From a virus (Duplodnaviria; Caudoviricetes): a stretch of 30,277 nt of DNA. The notes under the pieces were generated by a model that ran no database searches, had not been told where the DNA came from, and saw only the letters and a list, made by a program, of their open reading frames with translations. Positions 17,677 through 27,343 of this stretch are shown here, piece by piece. A program made the position numbers and the translations under genes. Within the stretch, counting starts at the first letter, position 1. Each line of letters opens with the position of its first letter. The stretch lies in the IMG/VR virus record IMGVR_UViG_3300030330_006627, positions 1 through 30,277 of that record, one strand, 5' to 3'.

Positions 17677-18726
17677 ATGAATATTCAAAATAATAAAGTA
17701 TTAAGCTTTGATGATGTGTTATTAACACCTCAATATTCAGATATAAAAAGTAGATCTGAAATTGATACTTCAATAGAATTAATTAAAAATGATATAAAGA
17801 TCAAATTAGATATACCAATTATCTCAAGTCCTATGTCAACAGTTACAGAAGCATATATGTGTAATGCAATAAATAATTTAGGTGGAATGGGTATTATACA
17901 CAGATATAATACAATATCATTTCAGACTAAACTTTGCTCATACGTATATAATACAAGTTTAAAATCCGCAGCAATTGGCGTTACAGGTGATTATAAAGAA
18001 AGATTAGAATCCCTATATAATGAAGGATTAACAATAGTATGTATAGATGTTGCGCATGGTGATCATATCTTAGTTAAAGAAGCATTAGAATTTATAAATG
18101 AATTCTACCCAGGTCTATTTATAATTGCAGGAAACGTTTCTACTGCTGACTCTTACGAAAGACTTTCTTCTTGGGGTGCAGATGCTATTAGAGCTAGCGT
18201 TGGAAGTGGAAGTATTTGTACAACACGTATTCAAACAGGACATGGTATACCAACTTTGCAAGCTGTTATAGACTGTGATGAAAGAAGAAAACAACTAATA
18301 TTAGAAGGAAAGAAAGCTGCTTATATAATTGCAGATGGTGGAATTAAAAATAGTGGTGACATTGTTAAATCACTAGCAGCTGGAGCAGATCTAGTAATGT
18401 TAGGGTCTATGTTAAGTGGTACTAAAGAATCTCCAGGAAAGATTACAGTAAATAATGAAGGTAAAAAAGTAAAGAAATATTCAGGTATGGCTTCTAAAGC
18501 TGCTCAAAAGTCATGGAGAGGATCTTACTCTTCTATTGAAGGCGTTAGTACATATGTTAATTATAAAGGAACAGTTAGTAAAGTAGTTAATGAAATCATG
18601 TCTAATGTTAGAAGTGGAATGTCATATAGCGGTGCTAGAAATTTATTAGAGTTAAGAGAAGCAATATTTGTACAGCAAACACAAAATTCACATTTTGAAG
18701 GTCAACCACATATCTATAGGAAATAA
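17677..18726 (+). CDS. guaB/guaC: IMP dehydrogenase / GMP reductase family enzyme without CBS domains; flap sequence favours GMP reductase
   Basis: [45 protein letters not shown]; AAGGA RBS before ATG 17677. Confidence 0.9.
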   Translation: MNIQNNKVLSFDDVLLTPQYSDIKSRSEIDTSIELIKNDIKIKLDIPIISSPMSTVTEAYMCNAINNLGGMGIIHRYNTISFQTKLCSYVYNTSLKSAAIGVTGDYKERLESLYNEGLTIVCIDVAHGDHILVKEALEFINEFYPGLFIIAGNVSTADSYERLSSWGADAIRASVGSGSICTTRIQTGHGIPTLQAVIDCDERRKQLILEGKKAAYIIADGGIKNSGDIVKSLAAGADLVMLGSMLSGTKESPGKITVNNEGKKVKKYSGMASKAAQKSWRGSYSSIEGVSTYVNYKGTVSKVVNEIMSNVRSGMSYSGARNLLELREAIFVQQTQNSHFEGQPHIYRK

Positions 18727-18729
18727 ATA

Positions 18730-19929
18730 ATGCCAGTTAAATTAGTTTTAGGTCTCCAGCATGGAGACGAAGGTAAAGGAAGAATAGTAGATGATTTATG
18801 CCAGACTTGGGCAGATATTATAGTAAGATTTCAAGGCGGGGGAAATGCAGGACATACTGTATATAATGAAGCCGGTAAGAAATTTGTAACACATATATTA
18901 CCTGTAGGTGTACTTAACAAAGATAAAGTATCAATAATATCTAAAGGATGTGTTGTTAATATTGTAGATTTATATGAAGAAATAAAATCTTTAGATGTTT
19001 CAAGTAAAAATCTTCATGTATCTTCTTTATGCCCAGTCATTGAACCAGTTCATATTCTAATTGATAGATCAAAATATCAAGGTAAAATTGGAACAACAGC
19101 AAAAGGAATAGGACCCGCATATTCATCTTATTATGCAAGAGACTCTTTCTTAATTAGAGATATATTGAGTGAACCAGAAAAAACATATAATATTATTGAA
19201 GATAGATTCTTTAAGTTTACATCTGAAACAAAACTATTCAATAAAAATCCTATAGTTTATAAAGAAATATATTCATACTTCAGACATTACTTAGACAACT
19301 TTTATGATGCAGTTAATTTTTTAAAAGACTATGTAAATTATGATGATAATATTTTACAAGAACTATACAGACAAAACAAGAATATTCTTTTAGAAGGTGC
19401 TCAAGGGACTGGATTAGATATAACATCTGAAAACTATCCTAACGTTACTTCATCCTCACCATCAGTTGGGGGTGCAATAATATCATCTGGACTAAATCAC
19501 AATCAGATTGATGAAGTAATAGGTGTAATAAAAGCTTATAAGACAAAAGTAGGATCAGGAAACTTTATGTCTAGATGTAATGATGAAGATGAAAAAGTAT
19601 TAGCATTTTATGGAAAAGAATTTGGAGCAACAACAGGTCGACCAAGAAAATGTGGCTGGCTAGACTTAGACGAAGTTAATGAAGCAATAAAAAGAAATGG
19701 TGTTACTCATATATGTTTAACCAAAACAGATGTTTTTACAAACATAAATGAACCATGCATATATGCTGATAATAGTTTACACAATATATCTAAAATAAAC
19801 GACGTTACATTAAATGATGAATCATTTATAAACCTACTTAAAATAATTAAAGTTAAAACTGGGATCAATAATATATCATACACAACAGGTCCTAATAGAG
19901 GACAAATAAAATGGGATGTAGAAATTTAA
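18730..19929 (+). CDS. purA: Adenylosuccinate synthetase
   Basis: QHGDEGKG, GGGNAGHT, IGTTAKGIGP, EGAQG, VTSS, GATTGRPRKCGW, TKTD. Confidence 0.93.
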   Translation: MPVKLVLGLQHGDEGKGRIVDDLCQTWADIIVRFQGGGNAGHTVYNEAGKKFVTHILPVGVLNKDKVSIISKGCVVNIVDLYEEIKSLDVSSKNLHVSSLCPVIEPVHILIDRSKYQGKIGTTAKGIGPAYSSYYARDSFLIRDILSEPEKTYNIIEDRFFKFTSETKLFNKNPIVYKEIYSYFRHYLDNFYDAVNFLKDYVNYDDNILQELYRQNKNILLEGAQGTGLDITSENYPNVTSSSPSVGGAIISSGLNHNQIDEVIGVIKAYKTKVGSGNFMSRCNDEDEKVLAFYGKEFGATTGRPRKCGWLDLDEVNEAIKRNGVTHICLTKTDVFTNINEPCIYADNSLHNISKINDVTLNDESFINLLKIIKVKTGINNISYTTGPNRGQIKWDVEI

Positions 19930-20078
19930 TAGGTAAATTGGCATACGCATATTATGCTGAAGAATATGTTTTAGTATTAGAAAAAATCCACGGATGCTAC
20001 TACAAAGTATTTATGAAAAATAAAGTAGCAATAATACCCACAAAAAACTTAATTTTAAATATTGATAATAAGAAATAG
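19911..20078 (+). CDS. Small SH3-like hypothetical (55 aa), missing from the ORF track
   Basis: GAGGA RBS; MGCRNLIGKLAYAYYAEEYVLVLEKIHGCYYKVFMKNKVAIIPTKNL... Confidence 0.6.
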   Translation: MGCRNLIGKLAYAYYAEEYVLVLEKIHGCYYKVFMKNKVAIIPTKNLILNIDNKK

Positions 20079-20087
20079 AAAAAATAT

Positions 20088-21248
20088 ATGATACCACGAT
20101 ACAAAATTAAAGAAATAAGTGACATTTGGTCAACAAAAAATAAATTAGATACATGGTTAAAAGTAGAGTTAGCACATTTATCTTCGTTGACAGGAAACAT
20201 TATTAATAGAACTATATCAGAAGAAGAGTTTCAAACAATAAAAGATAATGTAAAAATTGATATTGATAGATGGAAAGAAATAGAAAAAGAAACTAAACAT
20301 GACTTACAAGCATTTGTTCAAATGCTAGAAGAATCTGTACCTGGTGATGCTGGAAGATGGATACACTACGGATTAACATCTTCAGACATACTTGATACAT
20401 CTTTAACAATCATGTGTAGAGATAGTATTAAAGTAATAAAATTCTATTTAAGCGATCTACTTTATAATATGTACACTTTACTTAAAAAAGATTATATTAA
20501 TAGAAATATTCTTTCTAGAACACATGGAAAGTCTGCAGAAATTCAAACTTATTATGAAGTAGTTACTAGATGGATTTCTCAGCTTCAAAGAGGATATGAT
20601 GAGCTAACTAGATTAAAAACTTCTATAACTTTTGGAAAGTTATCAGGACCGTCTGGCAATTATACAACTAATGATAAACAAAATGAATACGATGCATTAG
20701 TTTCTCTAGATCTTAAACCTGTCAAATCATCTCAAATAATTTCTAGGGATATCTATTTAGACTACTTTTATGGAATATTAAAGGTAATGCTAGCTGTTGA
20801 AAAAATAGCTTATGATATAAGAATATACAGTATTGACGGTATCAATGAAATGTCTGAACCATTTAGTAAAGGGCAAAAAGGATCTAGCGCTATGCCTCAC
20901 AAGAAAAATCCTATTGTAACAGAAAATATTTGTGGTATGTCTAGACTTTTCAAATCTTATTTTCATACTGCTGTAGAAAACTGTTTAACACTTTTAGAAC
21001 GAGATATATCACATTCTTGTTCTGAAAGAATTATATTTAAAGATGCTGCACACATTGCTTGTTATACTCTTTCTAGACTATCTTCTGTAATAAAAGATTT
21101 AAATTGTTTTCCTGAAAACTCTGAGCTCAACTGTGAAAAATATTCAGCTCAAGTAAATACTCAGTATAAAATGAATGAAATGATTAAAAGCGGTTTAACT
21201 AGAAAAGAATCACATGATAAAGAACAAAAAGAATCAGAATCTATTTAA
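20088..21248 (+). CDS. purB: Adenylosuccinate lyase, short C-terminus
   Basis: TKHD, IHYGLTSSD, RTHG, fumarate-lyase signature GSSAMPHKKNP, ERDISHS. Confidence 0.93.
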   Translation: MIPRYKIKEISDIWSTKNKLDTWLKVELAHLSSLTGNIINRTISEEEFQTIKDNVKIDIDRWKEIEKETKHDLQAFVQMLEESVPGDAGRWIHYGLTSSDILDTSLTIMCRDSIKVIKFYLSDLLYNMYTLLKKDYINRNILSRTHGKSAEIQTYYEVVTRWISQLQRGYDELTRLKTSITFGKLSGPSGNYTTNDKQNEYDALVSLDLKPVKSSQIISRDIYLDYFYGILKVMLAVEKIAYDIRIYSIDGINEMSEPFSKGQKGSSAMPHKKNPIVTENICGMSRLFKSYFHTAVENCLTLLERDISHSCSERIIFKDAAHIACYTLSRLSSVIKDLNCFPENSELNCEKYSAQVNTQYKMNEMIKSGLTRKESHDKEQKESESI

Positions 21249-21288
21249 ATATAATAGTTATATCATATAGAAAAGGAAATTTAGCTAT

Positions 21289-21819
21289 ATGAAAAAAAGA
21301 TTAAATGAAAGAAAACTAACTAGAAAATTTTTAAGTGAAATGATAAGCTTAGAGCCAATTAACAAAATTAATAGTTCAAGTTGTCATATTTGTTGTATTG
21401 ATCCATGTATTTGTCACGATTATCATGATGATACTAGATATGAAGATAATACAGGATCTTCACACAGAGAAATGAATATGAGTGATGATGGAGTAATTTC
21501 TAAAGAAGAGCTATATAATCACTTTGATTTAGATCAAGATGGAGTAGTTACTGGTGAAGAATATGCAAGTCATATAGACTTTCACGCAGCACATCCTGAA
21601 ACTTTAGACAAGTATAGAAACGTTTCTAGAAAATCATTAGAGAATGTTCCGTGTAAAACCTCATATGAGAAATGTGGATCTTATTACATGTCTGATCCCG
21701 AATCTATGGATACACTTTTACAACCTATACTCGATGCTACAGGAGCTTCATGCAAATCATCAGCAATACAGTCAATGTTAGATGTAGCAAACATTATGAA
21801 AGAATGTGGTATAGTTTAA
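21289..21819 (+). CDS. EF-hand protein with Cys/His-rich segment
   Basis: NMSDDGVISKEE and DLDQDGVVTGEE loops; CHICCIDPCICH. Confidence 0.75.
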   Translation: MKKRLNERKLTRKFLSEMISLEPINKINSSSCHICCIDPCICHDYHDDTRYEDNTGSSHREMNMSDDGVISKEELYNHFDLDQDGVVTGEEYASHIDFHAAHPETLDKYRNVSRKSLENVPCKTSYEKCGSYYMSDPESMDTLLQPILDATGASCKSSAIQSMLDVANIMKECGIV

Positions 21820-21827
21820 AAATATTA

Positions 21828-21856
21828 GTGTAAAAAACAATTTATTTTTATATAAT
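21828..21856 (+). promoter_or_regulatory. Promoter motif GTGTAA-N17-TATAAT
   Basis: GTGTAA 21828-21833 and TATAAT 21851-21856, intergenic. Confidence 0.75.
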
Positions 21857-21883
21857 TAATTGTAATTATAAAAAGGATTAATT

Positions 21884-22093
21884 ATGTTAAAAATAGGATA
21901 TAAGGCAGCACATTATACTTCAATAAACAAAGTAGGAACCATTGTAGAAATTAATACAATTAAAAACAATCAAATGACAATTGGTGGTACTACTGGTGCA
22001 AGAGTTTATATTACTTTAGAATATAAAAAAAATGATGGAACATTAGAAAGAATACAGTATCCATCGGGTGACGTTATGAGAGTTTACGAATAA
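21884..22093 (+). CDS. Small SH3/KOW-like hypothetical
   Basis: AAGGA RBS; LKIG...VGTIVEI...DVMRV pattern. Confidence 0.75.
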   Translation: MLKIGYKAAHYTSINKVGTIVEINTIKNNQMTIGGTTGARVYITLEYKKNDGTLERIQYPSGDVMRVYE

Positions 22094-22102
22094 AGGAGAA
22101 AC

Positions 22103-22738
22103 ATGATATATTTTTTAATGTATGCACTAAGCTTTCAATGTATGGTTGATTCAATGAAAAATGCTTCAGAAACTGAAATTGGTTACAAGTGGAAAATAGT
22201 AAAATCATATCCAGAAAAAAAGAAAAGACTTAATAAAATTCTTAAATATGCATGGAAAAACAATGATGTTGATTCTAGAATATTAGCTCTATCTTGGATA
22301 GAGTCTAGACTTAGACCAAATGTAAAAACAGGTGATAGAGGAAAAGCTTGTGGAACTTTTCAAATTCATGCAAGATATTCTTATCCAATGTTTAGAAGAA
22401 AAGGTGGATGGAAAAATTGGAAAGAAAGTGAAAATAAAAGTGAAATACAAAATGAATGTAAAAAATTAAGAAACGTTAAGTATTCAGTTAATACTCTTAG
22501 AAAGCTATTAAAAATTCTAGACAAAAAAAATCTACATTCTTGTCATCATAATAGTGGAGTTTATGGAAAATGTAATACTTGGTACAAAAAAAGAGTTGAT
22601 TTTTGGATTAACTATTTTAATTATTCAAAACATACATGTATAAAAGAAAACAAGCCGTTACAAGTAAATGAAGCATTATTAATACATTACACATACAATA
22701 TTATAACTACATACTTAAGCTTAATTAAAAATAAATAG
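22103..22738 (+). CDS. Lytic transglycosylase (SLT)-like protein
   Basis: ALSWIES (catalytic Glu), GTFQI, HNSG; hydrophobic N-terminus. Confidence 0.7.
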   Translation: MIYFLMYALSFQCMVDSMKNASETEIGYKWKIVKSYPEKKKRLNKILKYAWKNNDVDSRILALSWIESRLRPNVKTGDRGKACGTFQIHARYSYPMFRRKGGWKNWKESENKSEIQNECKKLRNVKYSVNTLRKLLKILDKKNLHSCHHNSGVYGKCNTWYKKRVDFWINYFNYSKHTCIKENKPLQVNEALLIHYTYNIITTYLSLIKNK

Positions 22739-22750
22739 AAAACTATCCAC

Positions 22751-22780
22751 GTGTAAAATTTAAATTTAATATTATATAAT
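22751..22780 (+). promoter_or_regulatory. Promoter motif GTGTAA-N18-TATAAT
   Basis: GTGTAA 22751-22756 and TATAAT 22775-22780. Confidence 0.72.
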
Positions 22781-22803
22781 CACTTTGAAAGGTGATAATA
22801 AAT

Positions 22804-23265
22804 ATGTCAAAATATAAAAATTATTTTTATGAGTTAGAATCTTATATTAATAAAAAATATAATGTAAAAGTTTCTTTGTCTTATGATACTCAAGATTTTT
22901 GGTTTCCAAAGTTAAAGTTAATAATGATTAATAAAAACAATCAATGGAGAGAAAGATATTTTTCTTTACTTCACGAGTCTGGTCATGTTATACTTGATAT
23001 GGGATCAATGACCACAAAATATATGAAAATGCAAAATGATATAAAAGAAAATATAAAGTCTAAAAAAGATTTAATTAACGAATTAAATGAAGAAATCTTA
23101 GCTTGGAATTTAGGGAAGAATTTATCTTTTGAAATGTTTCATGAAATAGATACAGACAAATATAACGAAATAAAAACAGGATGTATAATGTCATATATAA
23201 AGTCAGGTTTAAAAGATATTTATAGAAGCAAAATAGATATTGATGTTATTAATCCAAAAGTGTAA
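22804..23265 (+). CDS. HExxH zinc metallopeptidase-like (ImmA/IrrE-type)
   Basis: LLHESGH with downstream EEILAW; AAGGTG RBS before ATG 22804. Confidence 0.7.
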   Translation: MSKYKNYFYELESYINKKYNVKVSLSYDTQDFWFPKLKLIMINKNNQWRERYFSLLHESGHVILDMGSMTTKYMKMQNDIKENIKSKKDLINELNEEILAWNLGKNLSFEMFHEIDTDKYNEIKTGCIMSYIKSGLKDIYRSKIDIDVINPKV

Positions 23266-23288
23266 ATTTACAAATAATATTATATAAT
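23260..23288 (+). promoter_or_regulatory. Promoter motif GTGTAA-N17-TATAAT
   Basis: GTGTAA 23260-23265 (includes the upstream stop codon) and TATAAT 23283-23288. Confidence 0.72.
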
Positions 23289-23308
23289 TTATACAAAGGG
23301 GAACTACT

Positions 23309-23662
23309 ATGTCATATAATAAAAAAGCATTACTAGAAGCTAAAAAGAAATTAGAAGAATCTAATCCTGGCTATTTGAGATCTATTAGAAAGACAAAGAG
23401 TAAACCTAAAAAAACAATTATTAAAAAAGAGAATTTTGAAAAGAAAAAAACTATTTGTGAGTGGAACTTTAAAGTTAACGAGTTAGTATATATAAAAGAT
23501 TATATTGGTACAAACTTTCATGCTCAAAAAGGTATTGCACTAATAGTAGCTGAATCTGGCAGTAAGTTCTTTGGCCGAAAAATAAATCATAATCATTACT
23601 ATGTTTTATGGGAAAATAAAATATTTGAAGTTTCTGGGACTTATCTTAGAAAAATACTATGA
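23309..23662 (+). CDS. Hypothetical: basic N-terminus with SH3-like C-terminal domain
   Basis: FKVNELVYI...ALIV...YYVLW...LRKI. Confidence 0.75.
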   Translation: MSYNKKALLEAKKKLEESNPGYLRSIRKTKSKPKKTIIKKENFEKKKTICEWNFKVNELVYIKDYIGTNFHAQKGIALIVAESGSKFFGRKINHNHYYVLWENKIFEVSGTYLRKIL

Positions 23663-23663
23663 A

Positions 23664-23692
23664 GTGTAATAAAATTATTTTTATTATACAAT
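23664..23692 (+). promoter_or_regulatory. Promoter motif GTGTAA-N17-TACAAT
   Basis: GTGTAA 23664-23669 and TACAAT 23687-23692. Confidence 0.72.
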
Positions 23693-23731
23693 AATTATGT
23701 AATTAAACAAACCATTTAAAAAGGAATTTAA

Positions 23732-24484
23732 ATGAAACTTAACGTAAAAAGAGATGATATTAATTTTGGATGTAACATTCTTGATTTAACTGTACCAAAT
23801 AAATTAAGAGAGAGATACAAAAGTGGTATTAATTATATTGATGATGCATTTGGTGGAGAAGGTTTTACTCCTTCAACTATGACTCTTTTTACAGGAGAGC
23901 CAGGTGCTGGTAAAACTACTTTAATGCTTGAGTTAGCAAATGCATTAACTGGTCAAGGTCATGTTTGTTTATTCAACACAGCTGAAGAAAGCTTATACCA
24001 AGTTAAAATGACTTGTGAAAGATTAGAGTTAATGCATGGTTTTGTTGCTGGACAAGAAAGCTATGTTCCTCGTTTATTATCCCAATGTACAAAACTTAGA
24101 GGAATTTATCCAACAAAACAATTCTTTTTAATTGTAGATTCATTACAAACTCTTAATGATGGTAAATATGGAGAAGAACATATTAACGGTCAAAGTGCAG
24201 TAAGATCTTTGCAAAAGTTAACTGATTATGCTAAAGAGCATTATATTAACGTTATCTGTATAGGACAAGTTAATAAAAGTGGTAATATGGCCGGATCTCA
24301 AAAACTTAAACATATGGTTGATGCAATGCTTCATTTATCTATTGAAAAGAAAGATGAGGATTTTAAAGGTTATAGAGTTCTAGAAACTGTTAAAAATAGA
24401 TTCGGAGGCGCTGGTTGGACATTTTTCATGGATCTTGGTTCTCGTGGATTTAAAGAAGTAGCAAGAGTTGGAGCAGCTAGATAA
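23732..24484 (+). CDS. RadA/Sms-like RecA-fold ATPase (core domain only)
   Basis: GEPGAGKTT, AEES, IVDSLQT, GQVNKSG.MAG, HMVDA, and the RadA signature KNRFG. Confidence 0.88.
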   Translation: MKLNVKRDDINFGCNILDLTVPNKLRERYKSGINYIDDAFGGEGFTPSTMTLFTGEPGAGKTTLMLELANALTGQGHVCLFNTAEESLYQVKMTCERLELMHGFVAGQESYVPRLLSQCTKLRGIYPTKQFFLIVDSLQTLNDGKYGEEHINGQSAVRSLQKLTDYAKEHYINVICIGQVNKSGNMAGSQKLKHMVDAMLHLSIEKKDEDFKGYRVLETVKNRFGGAGWTFFMDLGSRGFKEVARVGAAR

Positions 24485-24817
24485 ATGTTTTATGGGCTTT
24501 TAACATATTTTGCTGCATCAATAGGCGTATTCTTTCAGCATAATTTGCAGTATATTTATCCATGGTGGAAAGACAAGCCTATTATAACTACACTTATATT
24601 TTCTATTCCTGTGGGTTATTGCTATCTTACTTCATGGACATATTTTACTAACACATTAGGTTCAGTTTGGACTACTAGATTTTTATTCTTTGGCTTTTCA
24701 TATTTAGTTTTTCCTATACTTGCATATGCTTTCTTAAATGAAACACCTTTTACCTTAAAAACTTTGTTGTGCACATTTCTCAGTATACTTATTATTTTAA
24801 TTCAATACAAACTATAG
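24485..24817 (+). CDS. Small 4-TM membrane protein (DMT/SMR-like)
   Basis: Four hydrophobic segments in 110 aa; FLNE.FT motif before the last helix. Confidence 0.65.
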   Translation: MFYGLLTYFAASIGVFFQHNLQYIYPWWKDKPIITTLIFSIPVGYCYLTSWTYFTNTLGSVWTTRFLFFGFSYLVFPILAYAFLNETPFTLKTLLCTFLSILIILIQYKL

Positions 24818-24827
24818 ATTTCATAAC

Positions 24828-24857
24828 GTGTAATTTTTAATATTAATATTATATAAT
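24828..24857 (+). promoter_or_regulatory. Promoter motif GTGTAA-N18-TATAAT
   Basis: GTGTAA 24828-24833 and TATAAT 24852-24857. Confidence 0.72.
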
Positions 24858-24893
24858 ATTTATGTAATCAATTCTTAATAAAGGATAATCTTA

Positions 24894-25979
24894 ATGGATA
24901 TTAAAACATTTAAAAATATTGCTTCAAAACTACCTCCACATATTGCTGTTCTAATGAGAGGTGGAACTGGTATTGGTAAATCAGCATTAGTGGCACAAAT
25001 ATCAGAAACTATTAAATATCCTCTTATTGATGTTAGAGGTTCTACAATGAGTGAAGGTGATACTGGAGGATATCCTGATATTGAAGGTATGAAAAAGAAC
25101 GGTGTTATGACATTTTGTATGCCAGCTTGGTTTATTAGAGCATGTAATGAGCCTGTTGTTTTATTCTTAGATGAATTAAATAGATCTCTTCCAGCTGTTC
25201 AACAATCATTCTTTCAAATTGTTTTAGATAGACAGCTAGGTAATGATGAATCTGGCAATCCATATAACATACATCCAGAAACAAGAATATTTGCTGCAGT
25301 TAATCATGGATCTGAATATGATGTAAATGAAATGGATCCAGCATTATTAAGAAGATTTTGGACGGTTGATTTAGAAGCATCATTTGAAGATTGGGAAACA
25401 TGGGCTAAAGGAGAAAATGTAAGTGATTTTATTATTAGTTTTCTGAAAACACGAAAATCACATTTTGCACCAGACTCTGCAGAAATGCAACCAGGATCTG
25501 TATTTCCAACACCCGCTTCTTGGGCAAGACTTGATGAATCAATTAAATATCTAGATATTGATTTAGAAGATAAAAGTAGTAAAAATATGTCTACTTTATT
25601 TAGTTTGTCACAAGGTTTCATAGGAAAAGAAACATCAATTGAATTTAATGATTACGTTAAGAAATATAAAATTCATGTTAAACCTGAAGAATTACTGGAA
25701 AGTTTTAAAGAATGCAAAGAAAGAATTAGTAAGCTATCTAATGACGCAATTAATTCATTAATAGAAAGATTAGGAGAGCATGCTGGATTAAATGACTGGA
25801 CTCTTGATCAAGCAGAAAACGCTTCAAAGCTTTCTACAGTTATTTCTGATGAAATGTTAGTACACCTTTGGAGTTGTATTTCTAAATCTAAAAATCTAAA
25901 GTCAATACAAAACTTTCACTATCATATTGGTACAAAATTAGTTGAAGTTATTAACGCTAACAAAGATCTAACAAATTAG
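24894..25979 (+). CDS. MoxR-like AAA+ ATPase
   Basis: GGTGIGKS, LFLDELNR, FAAVN, DPALLRRF. Confidence 0.9.
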   Translation: MDIKTFKNIASKLPPHIAVLMRGGTGIGKSALVAQISETIKYPLIDVRGSTMSEGDTGGYPDIEGMKKNGVMTFCMPAWFIRACNEPVVLFLDELNRSLPAVQQSFFQIVLDRQLGNDESGNPYNIHPETRIFAAVNHGSEYDVNEMDPALLRRFWTVDLEASFEDWETWAKGENVSDFIISFLKTRKSHFAPDSAEMQPGSVFPTPASWARLDESIKYLDIDLEDKSSKNMSTLFSLSQGFIGKETSIEFNDYVKKYKIHVKPEELLESFKECKERISKLSNDAINSLIERLGEHAGLNDWTLDQAENASKLSTVISDEMLVHLWSCISKSKNLKSIQNFHYHIGTKLVEVINANKDLTN

Positions 25980-25995
25980 AAGTAGACTTCAATAA

Positions 25996-26025
25996 GTGTA
26001 ATTTTTTAATTATTTATATTATAAT
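25996..26025 (+). promoter_or_regulatory. Promoter motif GTGTAA-N18-TATAAT
   Basis: GTGTAA 25996-26001 and TATAAT 26020-26025. Confidence 0.72.
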
Positions 26026-26050
26026 ATAATAAAAGAAAGGTAGTTATATT

Positions 26051-27340
26051 ATGAATAAGTCTACATCAAATGATATTTTAAGAATTTCTAATGCTACTAA
26101 AGAGCAAATAGAAAATTTTAAATTATCAAAACATCTGTTAGATCTTTTAATGGAAGAACCTTTTTATAGTAGAATAATTAGAAGTCTTAACAAAGTTGAA
26201 ACAACTAATATTCCAACAGCAGGTGTTTTATGTCAAGATGGAGAACTTACACTTTGGTGGAATAGAAAATTTTTAGCCGGTCTAGAACATAAAGAAGTTA
26301 AAGGTTTGTTAAAACATGAATGCTTACATTTAGTTTTTGAGCACACATCAGAAAGAAAAAAAGATCCTCATTTAATTTGGAATTACTCAACTGATCTTGC
26401 TATTAATTCTATAATACCATATGATGAATTGCCAAAAGGAGGATTAGTTCCAGGTCATAGACTTCCTCCATTAAGTCCAGATGAGTTAGAAAAAATGGAT
26501 GATAGTGCAATAGAAAATTACAATCATATTTCAGAAATAATATATAATTTACCTCCAAATAAAACTTCTGAGTTTTACTTTGAAATATTAATGAAAGATG
26601 ATAAAATTAAGTCGTATGCTGAAAGTAACAGTGGCGGAGGTATAAGCATTGGATTTGATGATCATGAAGGTTGGGGAGACTTTTTAGATGATGCTGAAAA
26701 AGAGATTCTTAAAGAAAAAATAAAAGAAATTCTTAAGGATTCAATTAAGGAAGCTGATACAAATGGATGGGGTTCAATATCACACAATCATAGGAAAGAT
26801 TTTTATAGATTAGTTGAAAGAAAAATAAAATGGGAAGACATATTAAAAAGATTTTGTGGTTTTACTAGAAGAGATGAAAGAAGATCTTCAAACAAAAGAC
26901 TTAACAGGAAATACCCGGGAATACATCCAGGAATTAAAAAGCTATACAGGCCAATGATAGCTGTTTATATAGATGAAAGCGGTTCTATGGATGATGATTC
27001 TTTAAACAGATTTTATAATGAATTAAACGTACTAAGTAAGTTTACTGATTTTTATGTTTATAAGTTTGATTCTGAAGTTCAAGAAAAAGAAGGCTTTTTA
27101 TGGAAAAAAGGAAAGTCTGTTAAGCTTAGAAGAGGAATGTGTGGAGGGACATGCTTCAAATCAGTTACAAAACATGCAATAAAAAATAAGAAACTCTTCG
27201 ATGGATATATTATTTTTACAGATGGATGTGCACCTAAACCTCCTACATCTAGAGGTGTTAAAAGATGTTGGATTTTAATTCCTGACTATAAACTTAGTTT
27301 TTCTAAAGACAAACACGATGTATTAATCAACATGAAATAA
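26051..27340 (+). CDS. Metallopeptidase + VWA domain protein (DUF2201-type MoxR partner)
   Basis: KHECLH, WNYSTDLAIN; MIDAS IDESGSM, GGTCF, FTDG. Confidence 0.88.
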   Translation: MNKSTSNDILRISNATKEQIENFKLSKHLLDLLMEEPFYSRIIRSLNKVETTNIPTAGVLCQDGELTLWWNRKFLAGLEHKEVKGLLKHECLHLVFEHTSERKKDPHLIWNYSTDLAINSIIPYDELPKGGLVPGHRLPPLSPDELEKMDDSAIENYNHISEIIYNLPPNKTSEFYFEILMKDDKIKSYAESNSGGGISIGFDDHEGWGDFLDDAEKEILKEKIKEILKDSIKEADTNGWGSISHNHRKDFYRLVERKIKWEDILKRFCGFTRRDERRSSNKRLNRKYPGIHPGIKKLYRPMIAVYIDESGSMDDDSLNRFYNELNVLSKFTDFYVYKFDSEVQEKEGFLWKKGKSVKLRRGMCGGTCFKSVTKHAIKNKKLFDGYIIFTDGCAPKPPTSRGVKRCWILIPDYKLSFSKDKHDVLINMK

Positions 27341-27343
27341 AAA

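Noticed and set aside
18730-19929. PurZ / 2-aminoadenine (Z-genome) pathway
   Set aside because: The protein keeps the PurA catalytic Asp (GDEGKG) rather than the Ser of PurZ, and no dATPase or MazZ-like neighbour is evident. W->H and KAYKTKVG are only minor deviations.
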